In this document: one piece after another, positions 1 through 11,041 of the stretch | Numbering within the stretch: the first letter of the stretch is position 1 | Layout of the letters: each line of letters starts with the position of its first letter | Assembly (NCBI GenBank): GCA_963809895.1 | Contig: CAWELD010000003.1 | Span: forward strand, 2,560,001-2,624,000 | Direction: 5' to 3' | Source: an uncultured Gemmatimonadales bacterium | GTDB lineage: Bacteria; Gemmatimonadota; Gemmatimonadetes; Longimicrobiales; Gaopeijiaceae | DNA length: 64,000 nucleotides | Position numbers and translations under genes: made by a program | The notes under the pieces: model-generated | What the model saw: the letters and a program-made list of their open reading frames with translations, nothing else | Databases searched by the model: none | Told to the model about the DNA's origin: nothing

Positions 1-328
1 GGCGCGGCGCGCCGGAGCCGGCACGAAGCGGCCGACGGAGGTCGTCCTCTGGTCCATGGAGGGTGCACCGCGAACGAGGTTCACTTGGGATGCCCGACCG
101 GGATGGGAGCAAGAAATCGGCCTCCGGCACTCCCGTCGACACGCGGCACTTTCGGCCCCTGGCTCGAAAGGTGCAAGTTTCGTCGCATCTCGCCCGTCTC
201 TCGGGACGGCCAGACCCCGGACGGCGCCGCGATGTGCGCCGCTCGTAGCGTTCTGGCGCGCCCGGCGCCGCACCGTGGGGTGCCACGCCGGCGCGGCACA
301 TGTCGCACACGAGCCACAGGGCGCGTAC

Positions 329-1681
329 ATGGACGACGGTCGGCTGAATCCGACGAAGGTGGCGGCCCCGCGGGTCCCGGCGAGCCTCACCGCGTGGTGC
401 CTCGCTGGCCTCGGGGGAGGCCTCCTGCTCGGCGTCATGGGCAACCTCGGATGGCTGCCCTGGGCCGCGCCGTTGAGCCACGCGGTGGAGCCGCTGGGAT
501 CCCTGTGGATCAACGCCATTCGCATGTGCGTGATCCCGTTGGTGATCACCCAGCTGCTGGCGTCCATCGGCACCGCCGACGCCGAGGTGATCGGAGGGCT
601 CGGGGGGCGAGCTCTGGCGCTGTTCGTCACCATGCTCGCCCTCATCGGCACCACCACGGTCCTGGTGACGCCCACGCTCCTCGTGCCCTTCCACTTCCCC
701 GAGGGCACGGTGGCCGTGCTCCAGGCCCGCAGCGGGGTGGCCCAGGCGGCCGCCGAAGCCGCGGCGAGCGCCGGTGCGCCGCTCTCGCTGGGAGACTGGC
801 TGGTGGGCCTCGTCCCCAGAAACCCGTTCGCCGCCGCGGTGAACGGCGACATCCTGCCGGTGGTGGTCTTCACGGTGCTCTTCGCCCTGGCCGTGACCCG
901 GCTGCCCGACGCGCCGCGCCGCCTGCTGGGCGACGTCTTCCGGGCCGCCGCCGCCGCCATGATGCAGCTCATCAGCTGGATCCTGCTGGGGACGCCCGTG
1001 GCGATCTTCGCCATCATCCTGGGGCTGGCCGTGGACACGGGCTTCGGCGCGGCCGGCGTGCTCGGCGCCTACATCATCCTCGTATCCGCCCTCTGTCTCC
1101 TCATGACCGGCCTCATGTATCCCCTGGTGGCCATCGCGGGCCGCACGCCGGTGCGGACCTTCGCCCGCGGCGTGGCGCCGGGTCAGATGGTGGCGCTCAC
1201 GACCCAGTCCTCGCTGGCTTCGCTCCCGGCGTTGGTGGAGGGAGGCGAAGACCACCTCCGGCTGCCCCGCAGCAGCACGGGCTTCGTGCTTCCGCTGGCG
1301 GCGTCCACGTTCAAGCCCAGCCAGGGGGTGTCCTCGGTCTTCAAGTTCGTCTTCCTGGCCCAGGTGTACGCCGTCCCGCTGACCATGGGGCAGAAGGCGG
1401 GCTTCGTGCTTCTCGTGATCCTCCTGAGCTTCGCGGTCCTGGGCGTCCCCAGGGGTGGCGGGGGATTCAAGACGCTACCCGCCTACATCGCCGCGGGGAT
1501 TCCGGTGGAGGGCGTGGTCATCATCGAAGCCGTCAAGACCATCCCCGACGTCTTCATGACGCTCCTGAACACCACGGCGTACATGGCCGTGGCGACCCTG
1601 CTCTCGCGCGGCGCACGGCGCACCGCCAACGCCGCGGGGCTGGCGCCATCCCCTCCACCGCTGGTCAACGAAGGCGGCTGA
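329..1681 (+). CDS. Dicarboxylate/amino acid:cation symporter (DAACS/GltP family)
   Basis: Multi-TM protein with PRNPF, TTQSSLASLP (HP1 serine motif) and FVLPLA motifs; ATG 329 chosen over the non-coding-looking upstream extension. Confidence 0.9.
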   Translation: MDDGRLNPTKVAAPRVPASLTAWCLAGLGGGLLLGVMGNLGWLPWAAPLSHAVEPLGSLWINAIRMCVIPLVITQLLASIGTADAEVIGGLGGRALALFVTMLALIGTTTVLVTPTLLVPFHFPEGTVAVLQARSGVAQAAAEAAASAGAPLSLGDWLVGLVPRNPFAAAVNGDILPVVVFTVLFALAVTRLPDAPRRLLGDVFRAAAAAMMQLISWILLGTPVAIFAIILGLAVDTGFGAAGVLGAYIILVSALCLLMTGLMYPLVAIAGRTPVRTFARGVAPGQMVALTTQSSLASLPALVEGGEDHLRLPRSSTGFVLPLAASTFKPSQGVSSVFKFVFLAQVYAVPLTMGQKAGFVLLVILLSFAVLGVPRGGGGFKTLPAYIAAGIPVEGVVIIEAVKTIPDVFMTLLNTTAYMAVATLLSRGARRTANAAGLAPSPPPLVNEGG

Positions 1682-1716
1682 GGCCGATCCTTCCCTTGCG
1701 CGCCCGGCGGGCTCCT

Positions 1717-1751
1717 GTATACTCGTGATGAGTATACCTTTCAGGAGTACA
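1717..1751. promoter_or_regulatory. Candidate PadR operator (tandem dyads)
   Basis: Perfect GTATACTC-N5-GAGTATAC (1717-1737) plus overlapping imperfect TATACCT-N5-GAGTACA (1733-1751); AT-rich, just upstream of padR. Confidence 0.7.
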
Positions 1752-1762
1752 TCAAGCCGCTC

Positions 1763-2104
1763 ATGGACCCTGACACGCTGCTGCCCCTGACGGATCTCGC
1801 CTTCTCCATCCTCGTGGCGTTGAAGGACGAGGAGCTGCACGGATACGCCCTCCTCAAGGATCTCCGCGCCCGCACCGGTCGCGAGGCCCTGCGCACCGGC
1901 ACCGTGTACGCCGCGCTGGCCCGTCTCCAGGACCAGGGTCTGGTGCGGGAGACCACCGGACCCGACGACCCCGACGATCCACGGCGCAAGTACTACCGGC
2001 TGACCGCGCTCGGGCTCCAGGTAGCCACCGCCGAGGCCGAGCGGCTGGCGGAGTTGCTGATCCTCGCCCGCAGCAAGGGAATCGTGGCTTCGGGCACGGC
2101 GTGA
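1763..2104 (+). CDS. PadR family transcriptional regulator
   Basis: LHGYAL...GTVYAALARL...RRKYYRLT winged-helix signature; stop overlaps permease start (GTGA). Confidence 0.93.
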   Translation: MDPDTLLPLTDLAFSILVALKDEELHGYALLKDLRARTGREALRTGTVYAALARLQDQGLVRETTGPDDPDDPRRKYYRLTALGLQVATAEAERLAELLILARSKGIVASGTA

Positions 2105-4818
2105 GCACGCGCCTTCACCGCTGGGTCGACGGGGCGCTGGGTCTGGCGCTGCTGGCGTTTCCCTCCAGGATCCGGAGGCGCGACGGAGCGTCGCTACGCC
2201 AGGCCGTGAAGGACCAGCTCCACGAGGCCGGCCGCGCCGGCACGGCTGTCTGGCTGAGGGTGCTCGCCGGGGAGTGGCTGGGCCTGCTCCGGGCGGGATT
2301 GGGCATGCGGGTGGGCGCGACGGTGGACGTCATGCGGACGAGGTGGACGACGATGGGGTGGACGACGGAGATCCGGATCGCGATTCGCGGGCTCGTCAGG
2401 AGTCCGGGATTCACGCTGGTGGCGATGCTGACCCTCGCACTGGGGCTGGGTGCCAACGGCGCCGTCTTCGGGCTCGTCCAACGGGTGCTGCTCCGGGATC
2501 CCCCGTACGGCGAGCCGGATCGTCTGATCTTCGTGTGGCGGACCCTCAGCGATCGCGGCGAGCCCATGACGGTCCCCGCCCCGGATGCGGCGGTGGTGGA
2601 GCAGCGGGCCGCCTCTCTGACGGCGACGGCCTTCACCACGCGCACCACCGACGCCACCCTGGCCGCGCCCGAAGCCGACGCCTCGCCCGTCCACGCCCTC
2701 ATGGCGGGGGTGACGCGCGACTTCTTCGGCGTGCTCGGGGTGTCCATGGCACTGGGCCGCTCCGCCCCCGAAGACGAGGTGCCGGGCGACGGCCCGCCGG
2801 CGGTGATCCTGTCGGACCGGGTGTGGCGCGCGGTCTTCGGTGCCGATCCCGACCTGGCCGGGCGCACGGTGCTCCTCAACGATCGACCGGTGACGGTGCT
2901 GGGCGTGGCGCCGCCGGACTTCCGGCTCGAGCTCCCCCCCGGGTCGGGAATCACGCCCGGCGTGGACGTGTGGGTGCCGATCCGCATCCCCCTGTCCGAC
3001 TTCGAGCGCCCCGTCGGCCGCTTCGTGGATCAGGACTCGGACAACACCGGCGCCGTCATCGCCCGGCTCGCCCCGGGCGCCACCCTGGCCCGGGCCCAGG
3101 CCGACGTGGACCGGATCGCGACGGAGCTGCGCGCCGAAGTCCCGAGCTACGCCGAGGCCGGCTTCGGCCTGGTGGCGAGGCCGCTCCATGCCGACGCCAC
3201 CGCGCACGTACGGGGCCTCATGCACGCCCTGCTGGCCGGCGCCGTCGGCGTCTTCCTCGTGGCCTGCCTCGGCCTCGCCACGCTGATCCTGGCCCGGGGC
3301 CTGAGCCGGGGACCGGAGTTGGCGCTGCGCTCCGCCCTGGGAGCCGGCCGCTGGCGTCTCACCCGCACCCTGGTGACCGAAAACGTGCTGGTGGTCCTGG
3401 GGGGCGGCGTGATCGCCCTGCTGGTGGCCGGCTGGAGCGGCGCGGCCCTGACGCGTCTGGTGCCCCCGGGAACCACCGCGTTCGATCTCGACACCACCGC
3501 GCCTTCGCTGGCGTTCGTGCTGGGTGGCACCGCCGCGGCAGTCCTCGTCTTCAGCGCGACGGCGGCCCTGCATGCGCGCCTGATCACCGCCGGCGCCGAC
3601 GTCCGGGGGGCCCTGGCACGCTCGCGGGCCTCGCGAGGGCGGGTCCGCGAAGCGCTGGTCGTCGCCCAGGTGGCGGTGTCCGTGGTACTGGTGCTGGGCG
3701 CGGGTCTCCTCTTCCGCACCGCGCGGGCCCTGGGCGAGGTGGATCCCGGCATCGAGGTCGAGGGAGCGCTGGCGCTGGACCTCTCGGTGCGGGTGGCGGG
3801 AGCCTATTCCGGTCCTGCCGAGCGCGCCCGACTCATCCGCTCCCTGGAGGACGCGGCGCGGGCGCTCCCCGGCGTGCGCCAGGTCGGGGTCACCGGCGGA
3901 CTCCCCCTCTCGGGCCGGCGTTGGAGTCAGCCCTGGGGCCGGCCCGGCGAGGCGCCGTCGCAGTGGACCACCCGGCGCGCGGACTTCCGTACCGTCACCT
4001 CAGGGTACTTCCGCGCCGTGGGCACCCGCCTCCTCGAGGGCCGCACCTTCACGCCCGAGGAGGACCTGAGCGAACGACAGCGCGTCGTGGTGGTGGACCG
4101 CACGCTGGCGCGTCGTCTCGCGCCGGAAGGCTCGGCGGTGGGGCGGGTGATCGGCATCCCCCTCGACGGCGAGGCCGTGGAGGCTCGGGTCGTGGGCGTG
4201 GTGGAGACGGTGCGTCAGCACGACCTGGCGGTACCGGGTGGTGAGGCCGTGTACGTACCCTATCGCCAGGAGGCGTCGCGCGACGTCACGCTGGTGGTGC
4301 GGGCCGCCGGCGATCCCGCCGAGCTCGCGCCGGCGGTGCGGGCCGCCCTCCTGCGCGTCGAGCCCCGGCTGGCCATCCACGACACCCGCACCCTCTCCCA
4401 GTACCTCGACCGACAACTCGCGCCGACCCGCTTCGGCCTGGCCCTCCTGGGCGCCTACGCCGTGCTCGGGCTGTTGGCCGCGACCCTGGGGCTCTACGGG
4501 GTCGTCGCCTGGGAGGTCGGGCGCCGTACCCGCGATCTGGGAATCCGTATGGCGGTGGGCGCCACGGCCGGCCGGATCCGGCGTTCGGTGCTGGCCCGGG
4601 GACTGCGCCTGACGCTCACCGGCCTCACCGCCGGGGTGGCGCTGGCGGCGCTGGCCGCGGGGCTCCTGCGACGGGTGGTGTTTGGCGTCACCGTGGCCGA
4701 TCCAGCCGTGTGGACGGGCGTCGTAGGCACCGTCCTGACGGTCACGCTGGCGGCAGCCTGGATCCCGGCGTGGCGGGCCGGCAGGCTCTCCATCGAGCGG
4801 GTGCTCCGCCCCGATTGA
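2101..4818 (+). CDS. ADOP-type duplicated MacB/FtsX ABC permease
   Basis: TLALGLGANGAVF, two periplasmic + FtsX repeats, RTRDLGIRMAVGA; 905 aa; no ATPase domain. Confidence 0.9.
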   Translation: MSTRLHRWVDGALGLALLAFPSRIRRRDGASLRQAVKDQLHEAGRAGTAVWLRVLAGEWLGLLRAGLGMRVGATVDVMRTRWTTMGWTTEIRIAIRGLVRSPGFTLVAMLTLALGLGANGAVFGLVQRVLLRDPPYGEPDRLIFVWRTLSDRGEPMTVPAPDAAVVEQRAASLTATAFTTRTTDATLAAPEADASPVHALMAGVTRDFFGVLGVSMALGRSAPEDEVPGDGPPAVILSDRVWRAVFGADPDLAGRTVLLNDRPVTVLGVAPPDFRLELPPGSGITPGVDVWVPIRIPLSDFERPVGRFVDQDSDNTGAVIARLAPGATLARAQADVDRIATELRAEVPSYAEAGFGLVARPLHADATAHVRGLMHALLAGAVGVFLVACLGLATLILARGLSRGPELALRSALGAGRWRLTRTLVTENVLVVLGGGVIALLVAGWSGAALTRLVPPGTTAFDLDTTAPSLAFVLGGTAAAVLVFSATAALHARLITAGADVRGALARSRASRGRVREALVVAQVAVSVVLVLGAGLLFRTARALGEVDPGIEVEGALALDLSVRVAGAYSGPAERARLIRSLEDAARALPGVRQVGVTGGLPLSGRRWSQPWGRPGEAPSQWTTRRADFRTVTSGYFRAVGTRLLEGRTFTPEEDLSERQRVVVVDRTLARRLAPEGSAVGRVIGIPLDGEAVEARVVGVVETVRQHDLAVPGGEAVYVPYRQEASRDVTLVVRAAGDPAELAPAVRAALLRVEPRLAIHDTRTLSQYLDRQLAPTRFGLALLGAYAVLGLLAATLGLYGVVAWEVGRRTRDLGIRMAVGATAGRIRRSVLARGLRLTLTGLTAGVALAALAAGLLRRVVFGVTVADPAVWTGVVGTVLTVTLAAAWIPAWRAGRLSIERVLRPD

Positions 4819-4887
4819 GTGCGAAACGCCTCTCTTCCTTGCATCCTTAGCGCTCGGTAGCCCTGGGACAGCCACGAGGAGAGGCTC

Positions 4888-6120
4888 TTGTCAGCGAAGA
4901 AGGTCGTTCTCGCATACAGCGGCGGACTCGATACCGCCTGCATTCTGAAAGTCCTGCTGCAGCGCGGATTCGAGGTCGTCGCGTACGTCGCCAACGTCGG
5001 TCAGAAGGAGGACTTCGACGACGTGGCGAGACGCGCCCGCGAGACGGGGGCGTCCAAGGTCTTCGTCGAGGACCTGCGGCGGGAGTTCGTCACCGACTTC
5101 ATCTTCCCGGCCATCGCCGGCAACGCCATCTACGAGAACCGGTACCTGCTGGGCACCTCGTTGGCGCGACCGGTGATCGCGCGCCGGCAGGTCGAGCTCG
5201 CCCTGCAGGAAGGCGCGACGGCGCTGGCCCACGGCGCAACGGGCAAGGGCAACGATCAGGTCCGCTTCGAGCTCGCCTACGCGGCGCTGGCGCCCGGACT
5301 CGAGGTCATCTCACCCTGGAAGGAGAAGGCGTTCCTGGAGCGCTTCCAGGGCCGGAGCGACCTGCTGGCCTTCGCCCGGGAGCACGACCTGCCGGTGGAA
5401 GCCACGGCGGAGAAGCCGTACTCCAGCGACGAGAACCTCATGCACCGGTCGTACGAGGCCGGACTCCTGGAAGACCCGGATCAGACGCCGCCGGAGGACA
5501 TGTTCCGGCTCACGCGCTCCCTCGCGGACGCGCCCGACGAACCCACGCATCTGTCCATCCACTTCAAGGATGCCGACCCGGTGCGGGTGGAGAACACCGA
5601 CGACGGAACCGTGCACACCAACCCGCTGGAGCTCTTCCTCTATCTGAACGAGCTTGGCGGCATGCACGGTATCGGTCGCGTTGATATGGTCGAGAACCGG
5701 TTCGTAGGCATCAAGTCCCGAGGTGTGTACGAGACCCCTGGCGGTACCATCCTCCACCACGCCCTCCGGGACCTCGAAGGCGTGGCCATGGACCGCGAGG
5801 TCCTGCGGCTGAGGGACATGCTGTCACCACGCTTCGCAGAGATCATCTACAACGGCTTCTGGTTCTCGCCGGAGATGGACTTCATCCAGGCCGCCTTCAG
5901 CCAATCGGAGCATCTCATCGACGGTCGGGTCCGCCTCGAGCTCTACAAGGGCAACGTGGTCATCCAGGGGCGGGAATCCACCAGCGCCCTCTACGATCGC
6001 GAGCTCTCCTCCATGGACGTGGCCGGCGGCTACGACCAGGAGGACGCCCGCGGCTTCATCCGCATCAACGCGTTGCGTCTGCGGGCACACAAGCTGATCC
6101 TCCGCAAGGCAGGCGAATGA
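4888..6120 (+). CDS. argG: Argininosuccinate synthase
   Basis: [36 protein letters not shown] motifs; TTG start. Confidence 0.97.
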   Translation: MSAKKVVLAYSGGLDTACILKVLLQRGFEVVAYVANVGQKEDFDDVARRARETGASKVFVEDLRREFVTDFIFPAIAGNAIYENRYLLGTSLARPVIARRQVELALQEGATALAHGATGKGNDQVRFELAYAALAPGLEVISPWKEKAFLERFQGRSDLLAFAREHDLPVEATAEKPYSSDENLMHRSYEAGLLEDPDQTPPEDMFRLTRSLADAPDEPTHLSIHFKDADPVRVENTDDGTVHTNPLELFLYLNELGGMHGIGRVDMVENRFVGIKSRGVYETPGGTILHHALRDLEGVAMDREVLRLRDMLSPRFAEIIYNGFWFSPEMDFIQAAFSQSEHLIDGRVRLELYKGNVVIQGRESTSALYDRELSSMDVAGGYDQEDARGFIRINALRLRAHKLILRKAGE

Positions 6121-6130
6121 GAGTCGACCC

Positions 6131-7990
6131 ATGATCCTCCCACTCCTCCTCTCACTCCTCCTGCTGGGAGGCCTTCCCGCCTCCGCCGCGGGCCAGGGCC
6201 GCACCCTGCAGCTGGCGAGCTTCCACGCCGACGTCACCGTCGAAGCCAACGGCGACATCGACGTCACCGAGACGCTGCGGCCCCGCTTCACCGGGTCCTG
6301 GAACGGCATCTTCAGGAACCTCTCGCTGCAGCACCACACCGCCAGGGGGATGCCCCGTCGGCTCGACGTGGAGATGCTCTCCATCACCGACGGCGAGGGC
6401 AACGACCTGCGGGTGGACCGCTCGTCGCCGGACTCGTGGACACGCCGCTTCCAGATCTGGGTGCCCGGGGCCGAGGACGCCACGCGGACGGTGGTCCTCC
6501 ACTACCGCGTGGACAACGCCATCCGCTTCTTCGAGTCGGAGAGCGACCCCGGCGGCGTCCACGACGAGCTCTACTGGAACGTCACCGGCAACGCCTGGGA
6601 GATCCCCATCGACCGGGCCTCGGTCACGGTCACGCTTCCGGAGGGCACGTCGGTCTCGGAGGCCTACGCCTACACGGGCCCCGAGGGTTCGACGGCCCGG
6701 GACGCCGACGTCACCACCGACGGGAACCGCGCCGAAGCCGTCACGCGCAACGCCCTGTCGGCCGGCTCGGGGCTCACCTTCTCCGTGTCGTGGCCACCGG
6801 GCGCCGTCGCGCGGCCGTCCTCGTTCGCCACCACCGCGGAAGAGATCCACCTGTTCTGGCCCGCGATCCTTCCCATTCTCGCGATCCTGCTCATGGTGCG
6901 GCTGTGGATGCGCCGGGGTCGGGATCCCAGGGCACGGGCCATCGTCGTCCAGTACGAGCCGCCGGAGGGCCTGAGCCCTGCGGAGGTGGGTACGTTGGTG
7001 GACCACCGGGCGGAGATCCACGACATCACGTCGATGCTGGTCGACCTGGCCGTGCGCGGCTACATCCGCATCGAGGAGGAGGTCGAAAAGCACTTCTTCG
7101 GCCTCAAGACCGACCGGGACTACGCCTTCGAACGGGTCAAGCCGCGCTCGGAATGGAGCGAGTTGAAGCTCCACGAGCGGCGGTTTCTGACCGCCCTCTT
7201 CGGATCGACCCCCGCGGAGAACAAGGTGCGGGAGATCGGGGTTGGCAAGTTCGTGATGAAGCTCCTGGCGAGCCGCCTGAATCCCGAACAGGCCCTGGAA
7301 GACCTGGACGAGCCAAGCGACGGTGAGCAACCGCCGGAGAGGATCGAGCTCTCCGACCTGGCCGAGAAGTTCTACAAGTCGTTGAGCGGCATCCGGGACG
7401 CCATCTACGATCGGCTGGTGAGCGCAGGCCACTACCTGGAGCGTCCCGACAAGGTGAAGGGCCGCTACACGGCCCTGGCGATCGTCACGGCCATGGCCGG
7501 CGTCGGCGGCTTCGCCCTGCTCCAGAAATCCCCCATCTTCCTGGCCCACCCGGCCTTCCTTCTCGGGGGATTCCTCGGCTCGGCTCTGGCGATCCTGGTG
7601 GTCGGAGTCTTCATGCCGGCACGCACGAAGAAGGGCGCTCGCACCCGGGAGGCGGCCCTGGGCTTCAAGGAGTTCCTGAAGAAGGTCGAAGAGCCCCGCT
7701 ACCGGCGCATGATCAAGTCACCGAAGGACTTCGAGCGCTTCCTGCCCTACGCCATGGCCTTTCAGGTGGAGGAGCGCTGGGCCGAGGCGTTCGAAGACAT
7801 CTACACGGAGCCCCCCACCTGGTACGTGGGCTCCAATCCGGCCCACGGCTTCCACACCCACGACTTCACGTCTCGCCTGAGCTCCATGTCGCACCAGGCC
7901 TCGTCGACCTTCTCGTCGTCCCCGTCGGGCTCCGGGGGCGGGGGCAGCTCCGGCGGGGGCTCGGGAGGCGGGGGCGGCGGGGGCTTCTGA
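6131..7990 (+). CDS. DUF2207 family membrane protein
   Basis: Signal peptide, DELYWNVTG, PPEGLSPAEVG, FERFLPYAMA, Gly/Ser-rich C-terminus ending GGGF. Confidence 0.88.
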   Translation: MILPLLLSLLLLGGLPASAAGQGRTLQLASFHADVTVEANGDIDVTETLRPRFTGSWNGIFRNLSLQHHTARGMPRRLDVEMLSITDGEGNDLRVDRSSPDSWTRRFQIWVPGAEDATRTVVLHYRVDNAIRFFESESDPGGVHDELYWNVTGNAWEIPIDRASVTVTLPEGTSVSEAYAYTGPEGSTARDADVTTDGNRAEAVTRNALSAGSGLTFSVSWPPGAVARPSSFATTAEEIHLFWPAILPILAILLMVRLWMRRGRDPRARAIVVQYEPPEGLSPAEVGTLVDHRAEIHDITSMLVDLAVRGYIRIEEEVEKHFFGLKTDRDYAFERVKPRSEWSELKLHERRFLTALFGSTPAENKVREIGVGKFVMKLLASRLNPEQALEDLDEPSDGEQPPERIELSDLAEKFYKSLSGIRDAIYDRLVSAGHYLERPDKVKGRYTALAIVTAMAGVGGFALLQKSPIFLAHPAFLLGGFLGSALAILVVGVFMPARTKKGARTREAALGFKEFLKKVEEPRYRRMIKSPKDFERFLPYAMAFQVEERWAEAFEDIYTEPPTWYVGSNPAHGFHTHDFTSRLSSMSHQASSTFSSSPSGSGGGGSSGGGSGGGGGGGF

Positions 7991-8000
7991 CCCGGGGGCC

Positions 8001-10601
8001 TCACTCCCGCAGCGTGCGGGCCGGATCGACCCGCCCGGCCCGCAGCGCGGGGATCAGCGCGGCCAGCGCCGACACGCCCAGCAGCACGCCCGCGATGAGG
8101 CCCATGGCCAGGGGGTCCTGGGGACCCACCCCGAAGAGGAGGGAGCGCAGCACGGGCGTGGCCAACACGGCGGCGCCCACGCCCAGGAGCACCCCCACGG
8201 CCGCCATGGCGAGTCCCCAGCGCGTGATGGACGCGACCACCCCGCCCAGGCGAGCGCCCATGGCCATGCGGATGCCGATCTCCCTGGTCCGCTGGCTCAC
8301 GGTGTACGAGACCACCCCGTAGAGTCCGAAGACAGCCAGGACGAGAGCCGCGATCCCGAACCCGCCCAGCACGCGCGTGGCCAGGAGCTCGGCGGCAAGG
8401 CTCTCCCGTCGGTAGCTCTCCATGGTGCGCACGCGATCCAGGGGAACGTCGGGATCCACGTCAGCGACGATACGACGCACCCGAGGCAGCAGTGACGTCA
8501 CCGCCCCCGGCGCCCGGATCACGAGGCTGAGGCCGAAAACCCGCAGGTGGTGCGGCAGGTAGATCTGTCCCCGCCCCTCGATGCGCACGCCGTAGTGGTG
8601 CACGTGCCCCACCACCCCCACGACACGCACGCGCGGTCCGTCTCCGGTGAACCGCACGGTCCGGCCCAGGGCGCTCTCGCCGGGCCACAAGCGCTCGGCC
8701 AACGTCTGGTCGATGACGGCCACCGGGTCGTCGGGGCCGTCGTCCCGGTCGAACGCCCTGCCGGTGATCACCGGGATACCCATGCTGGCGAAGTACCCGG
8801 GTGTCACGCTGGACTGATCGGTGCGCAGGCCCTCGGAACCCACGGTTTCGAGCCCTTCGCCGGACAGATGCCACTGCCGGTTGTATCCGGTGAGGGGCAA
8901 CGGATCGCCGGCGCCGGCGGACACCACCCCGGGCAGGTCTCGCACGCCCGCCAGCACCTCGTCGTAGAAGCGCGCCCGATCCTCGACCGTCGGGTATCCG
9001 GCACGGGGGAGCGGGACGTACATCGTCAGCACGCCGTCGGTGTCCAGGCCCGTGTCCGCGCCCAGGAGGTTGCCCATGCTCCTCACCATGAGTGCCCCTC
9101 CCAGCAGGAGCACGAAGGACAGCGCGACCTCCACTGCCACCAACCCCTGGCGCAGCCTGCCGCGCCGTCCCCCGCCATCCCCCCGACCACCGGAACGAAG
9201 CTCCCGGGCGGGGTCACCCGCCGCGAGCCGAAGCGCGGGCACCAGTCCCACGATCAGCGCCACCAGCCCCGACACCGCGACCGTGAACAGCAGCACGGCG
9301 CCGTCGACCTCGATCCTCGACACCCGTGGCAGATAGCCCGCTCCCAGCAGCCGGAACGCCCACACCAGGCCGTACGCCAGGCCCACGCCCCCCATCCCCC
9401 CGACCAGCGAGAGCACCAGCGCTTCCACCAGGAAGTGCCGCACCACCCGCGCACGACCCGCTCCCAGCGCGGTGCGCACGGCCGCCTCCCGGCCGCGAGC
9501 CGCGGCCCGGGCGAGAAGCAGGTTGGCGACGTTGGCGCACGCGATGATCAGGACCAGCGCCACCGCGCCCGCGAGCAGGAGAAGCGTGGGTCGCGCAGCG
9601 CCCAGAAACCGCTCGCGCAGCGATCGCACCACGACCCCGGCGTCCTGGTTGGCGTCGGGGTAGTCCCGGGCCAGCTCCGCCGCCACGGCGTCCATATCCG
9701 CCTGGGCCGACTCGAGGCTCTCGCCGTCCCTCAGGCGTCCGATCACGCTGATCCCCGGGTGCGAGGAGCGCGAGGCCCGATCGTTCGCCGTCAGCGTGGT
9801 CAGCGGCGCGACCACCTGGGCATCGTCCAGGGGGAACTCCTGGCCCGGCGGCAGCACGCCGATCACGGTCCAGGGCTCCGCGTCCAGGGTGATGGTCCGC
9901 CCCACCACCGAGGGGTCGCCGCCGAACCGGCGGGTCCAGAGCTCTCCGCTCAGCAGAACGACGTGCTCCTCCCGAGCTTCCTCCTGCGCCGTGAAGAACC
10001 GCCCCAGCGCGGGCTCGACACCGAGCACACGGGCCAGGTTCGCCGACACGAGTCGCACGGACAGCTCCTCGGCGTCCCCGTCACCGGTGAGGGTGAACGA
10101 CCACCCGGTACGGGCACCCAGGTCGCGGAAGACGTGGCTCCGCGCCCGCCAGTCCTGGTAGTTGGGATAGGAGACCGATCTGGTCTCGCCGCCGGCGGCG
10201 CTCTCGTACATGTAGACCAGCTCGCCGTCATCGGGATACGGCAGCGCCTCGAGCAGGATGCCGTGCACGACGCTGAACACGCCGGCGTTGGCCCCGATCC
10301 CCAGAGCGAGCAGGAGCACCACCACCCCGGCGAACCCGGGCCTGGAGCGGATGCCCCGCAAGGCGAGTCGCACGTCCTGTCCCATGCCACCCTGCCAGCG
10401 TCTCTCGTCCCACCACATCCCCGGAAGGTTGCGGGCGAGATCCAGCGTCTCCCGCATCGCCACCCACGCTCGTGCACCCGGCGACGGGGCGTCTCGCAGG
10501 ACCTGGGCGAACCCCGCGCGCAGCTGGTCCCCCACCTCCTCCCGATAGCGCCGAGGGGCGCAACGCAAGAGCAGGCCGTAGACGCGCTCCGCCCAGCTCA
10601 C
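8001..10601 (-). CDS. ADOP-type duplicated MacB/FtsX ABC permease
   Basis: LALGIGANAGVFS, IACANVANLLLAR, QRTREIGIRMAMGA. Confidence 0.92.
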   Translation of the reverse strand: MSWAERVYGLLLRCAPRRYREEVGDQLRAGFAQVLRDAPSPGARAWVAMRETLDLARNLPGMWWDERRWQGGMGQDVRLALRGIRSRPGFAGVVVLLLALGIGANAGVFSVVHGILLEALPYPDDGELVYMYESAAGGETRSVSYPNYQDWRARSHVFRDLGARTGWSFTLTGDGDAEELSVRLVSANLARVLGVEPALGRFFTAQEEAREEHVVLLSGELWTRRFGGDPSVVGRTITLDAEPWTVIGVLPPGQEFPLDDAQVVAPLTTLTANDRASRSSHPGISVIGRLRDGESLESAQADMDAVAAELARDYPDANQDAGVVVRSLRERFLGAARPTLLLLAGAVALVLIIACANVANLLLARAAARGREAAVRTALGAGRARVVRHFLVEALVLSLVGGMGGVGLAYGLVWAFRLLGAGYLPRVSRIEVDGAVLLFTVAVSGLVALIVGLVPALRLAAGDPARELRSGGRGDGGGRRGRLRQGLVAVEVALSFVLLLGGALMVRSMGNLLGADTGLDTDGVLTMYVPLPRAGYPTVEDRARFYDEVLAGVRDLPGVVSAGAGDPLPLTGYNRQWHLSGEGLETVGSEGLRTDQSSVTPGYFASMGIPVITGRAFDRDDGPDDPVAVIDQTLAERLWPGESALGRTVRFTGDGPRVRVVGVVGHVHHYGVRIEGRGQIYLPHHLRVFGLSLVIRAPGAVTSLLPRVRRIVADVDPDVPLDRVRTMESYRRESLAAELLATRVLGGFGIAALVLAVFGLYGVVSYTVSQRTREIGIRMAMGARLGGVVASITRWGLAMAAVGVLLGVGAAVLATPVLRSLLFGVGPQDPLAMGLIAGVLLGVSALAALIPALRAGRVDPARTLRE

Positions 10602-10942
10602 GAGCCACCTCCCGCGGGGGACCGGGCCACGTCCAGCAGGGCCGTCAGCCGCTCGACCTCGGCATCGAGCACGGCGCGTCCCTGGAGCGTCAGCACGTAG
10701 GTCCGGCGCCGCTCGTCCTCCTCGGCAGCCGGGTCGGGAGCCCGCTCGATGAGCGCCTCGCCCTCCAGACGCAGCAGCGCCCGGTAGAGGGTGGCGAGGC
10801 CCGGCACCGCACCTCCCTCGCCACGGTCGCGCGCCTCCTGCAGCAGGGCGTAGCCGTGCCGGGGACCACGCGAGAGGCCCGCCAGCACCTGGAGCTCCAC
10901 GGGCCGGAGTGGAAGGAAGTCCTGGGGATCGGGCCTGGGCAT
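10598..10942 (-). CDS. PadR family transcriptional regulator
   Basis: RHGYAL...ATLYRALLRL...RRRTYVLT; overlaps permease start. Confidence 0.92.
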   Translation of the reverse strand: MPRPDPQDFLPLRPVELQVLAGLSRGPRHGYALLQEARDRGEGGAVPGLATLYRALLRLEGEALIERAPDPAAEEDERRRTYVLTLQGRAVLDAEVERLTALLDVARSPAGGGS

Positions 10943-10967
10943 GGAATCGCTCCGCTGGAGAGGGCTG

Positions 10968-10999
10968 TTATCGCTACGCAACTACTCGCGTCACGATAA
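10968..10999. promoter_or_regulatory. Candidate PadR operator
   Basis: Inverted repeat TTATCG(10968-10973)...CGATAA(10994-10999) in the AT-richer stretch upstream of padR; can be read as two degenerate N5-spaced dyads. Confidence 0.45.
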
Positions 11000-11041
11000 T
11001 AGATGACCGCAGCGGCGCGAAGGTTGGAATCGGACCGGAGA

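Noticed and set aside
1..57. Possible start of a divergent minus-strand gene (ATG at 57, MDQRTTSVGRF...)
   Set aside because: Only 19 codons lie inside the window, so it cannot be supported
60..328. Hairpins upstream of the amino-acid symporter as a possible riboswitch
   Set aside because: No recognisable glycine, lysine or SAM aptamer motifs; stems are expected at this GC content
7915..7990. G-rich low-complexity repeat
   Set aside because: Encodes the usual Gly/Ser tail of DUF2207 proteins
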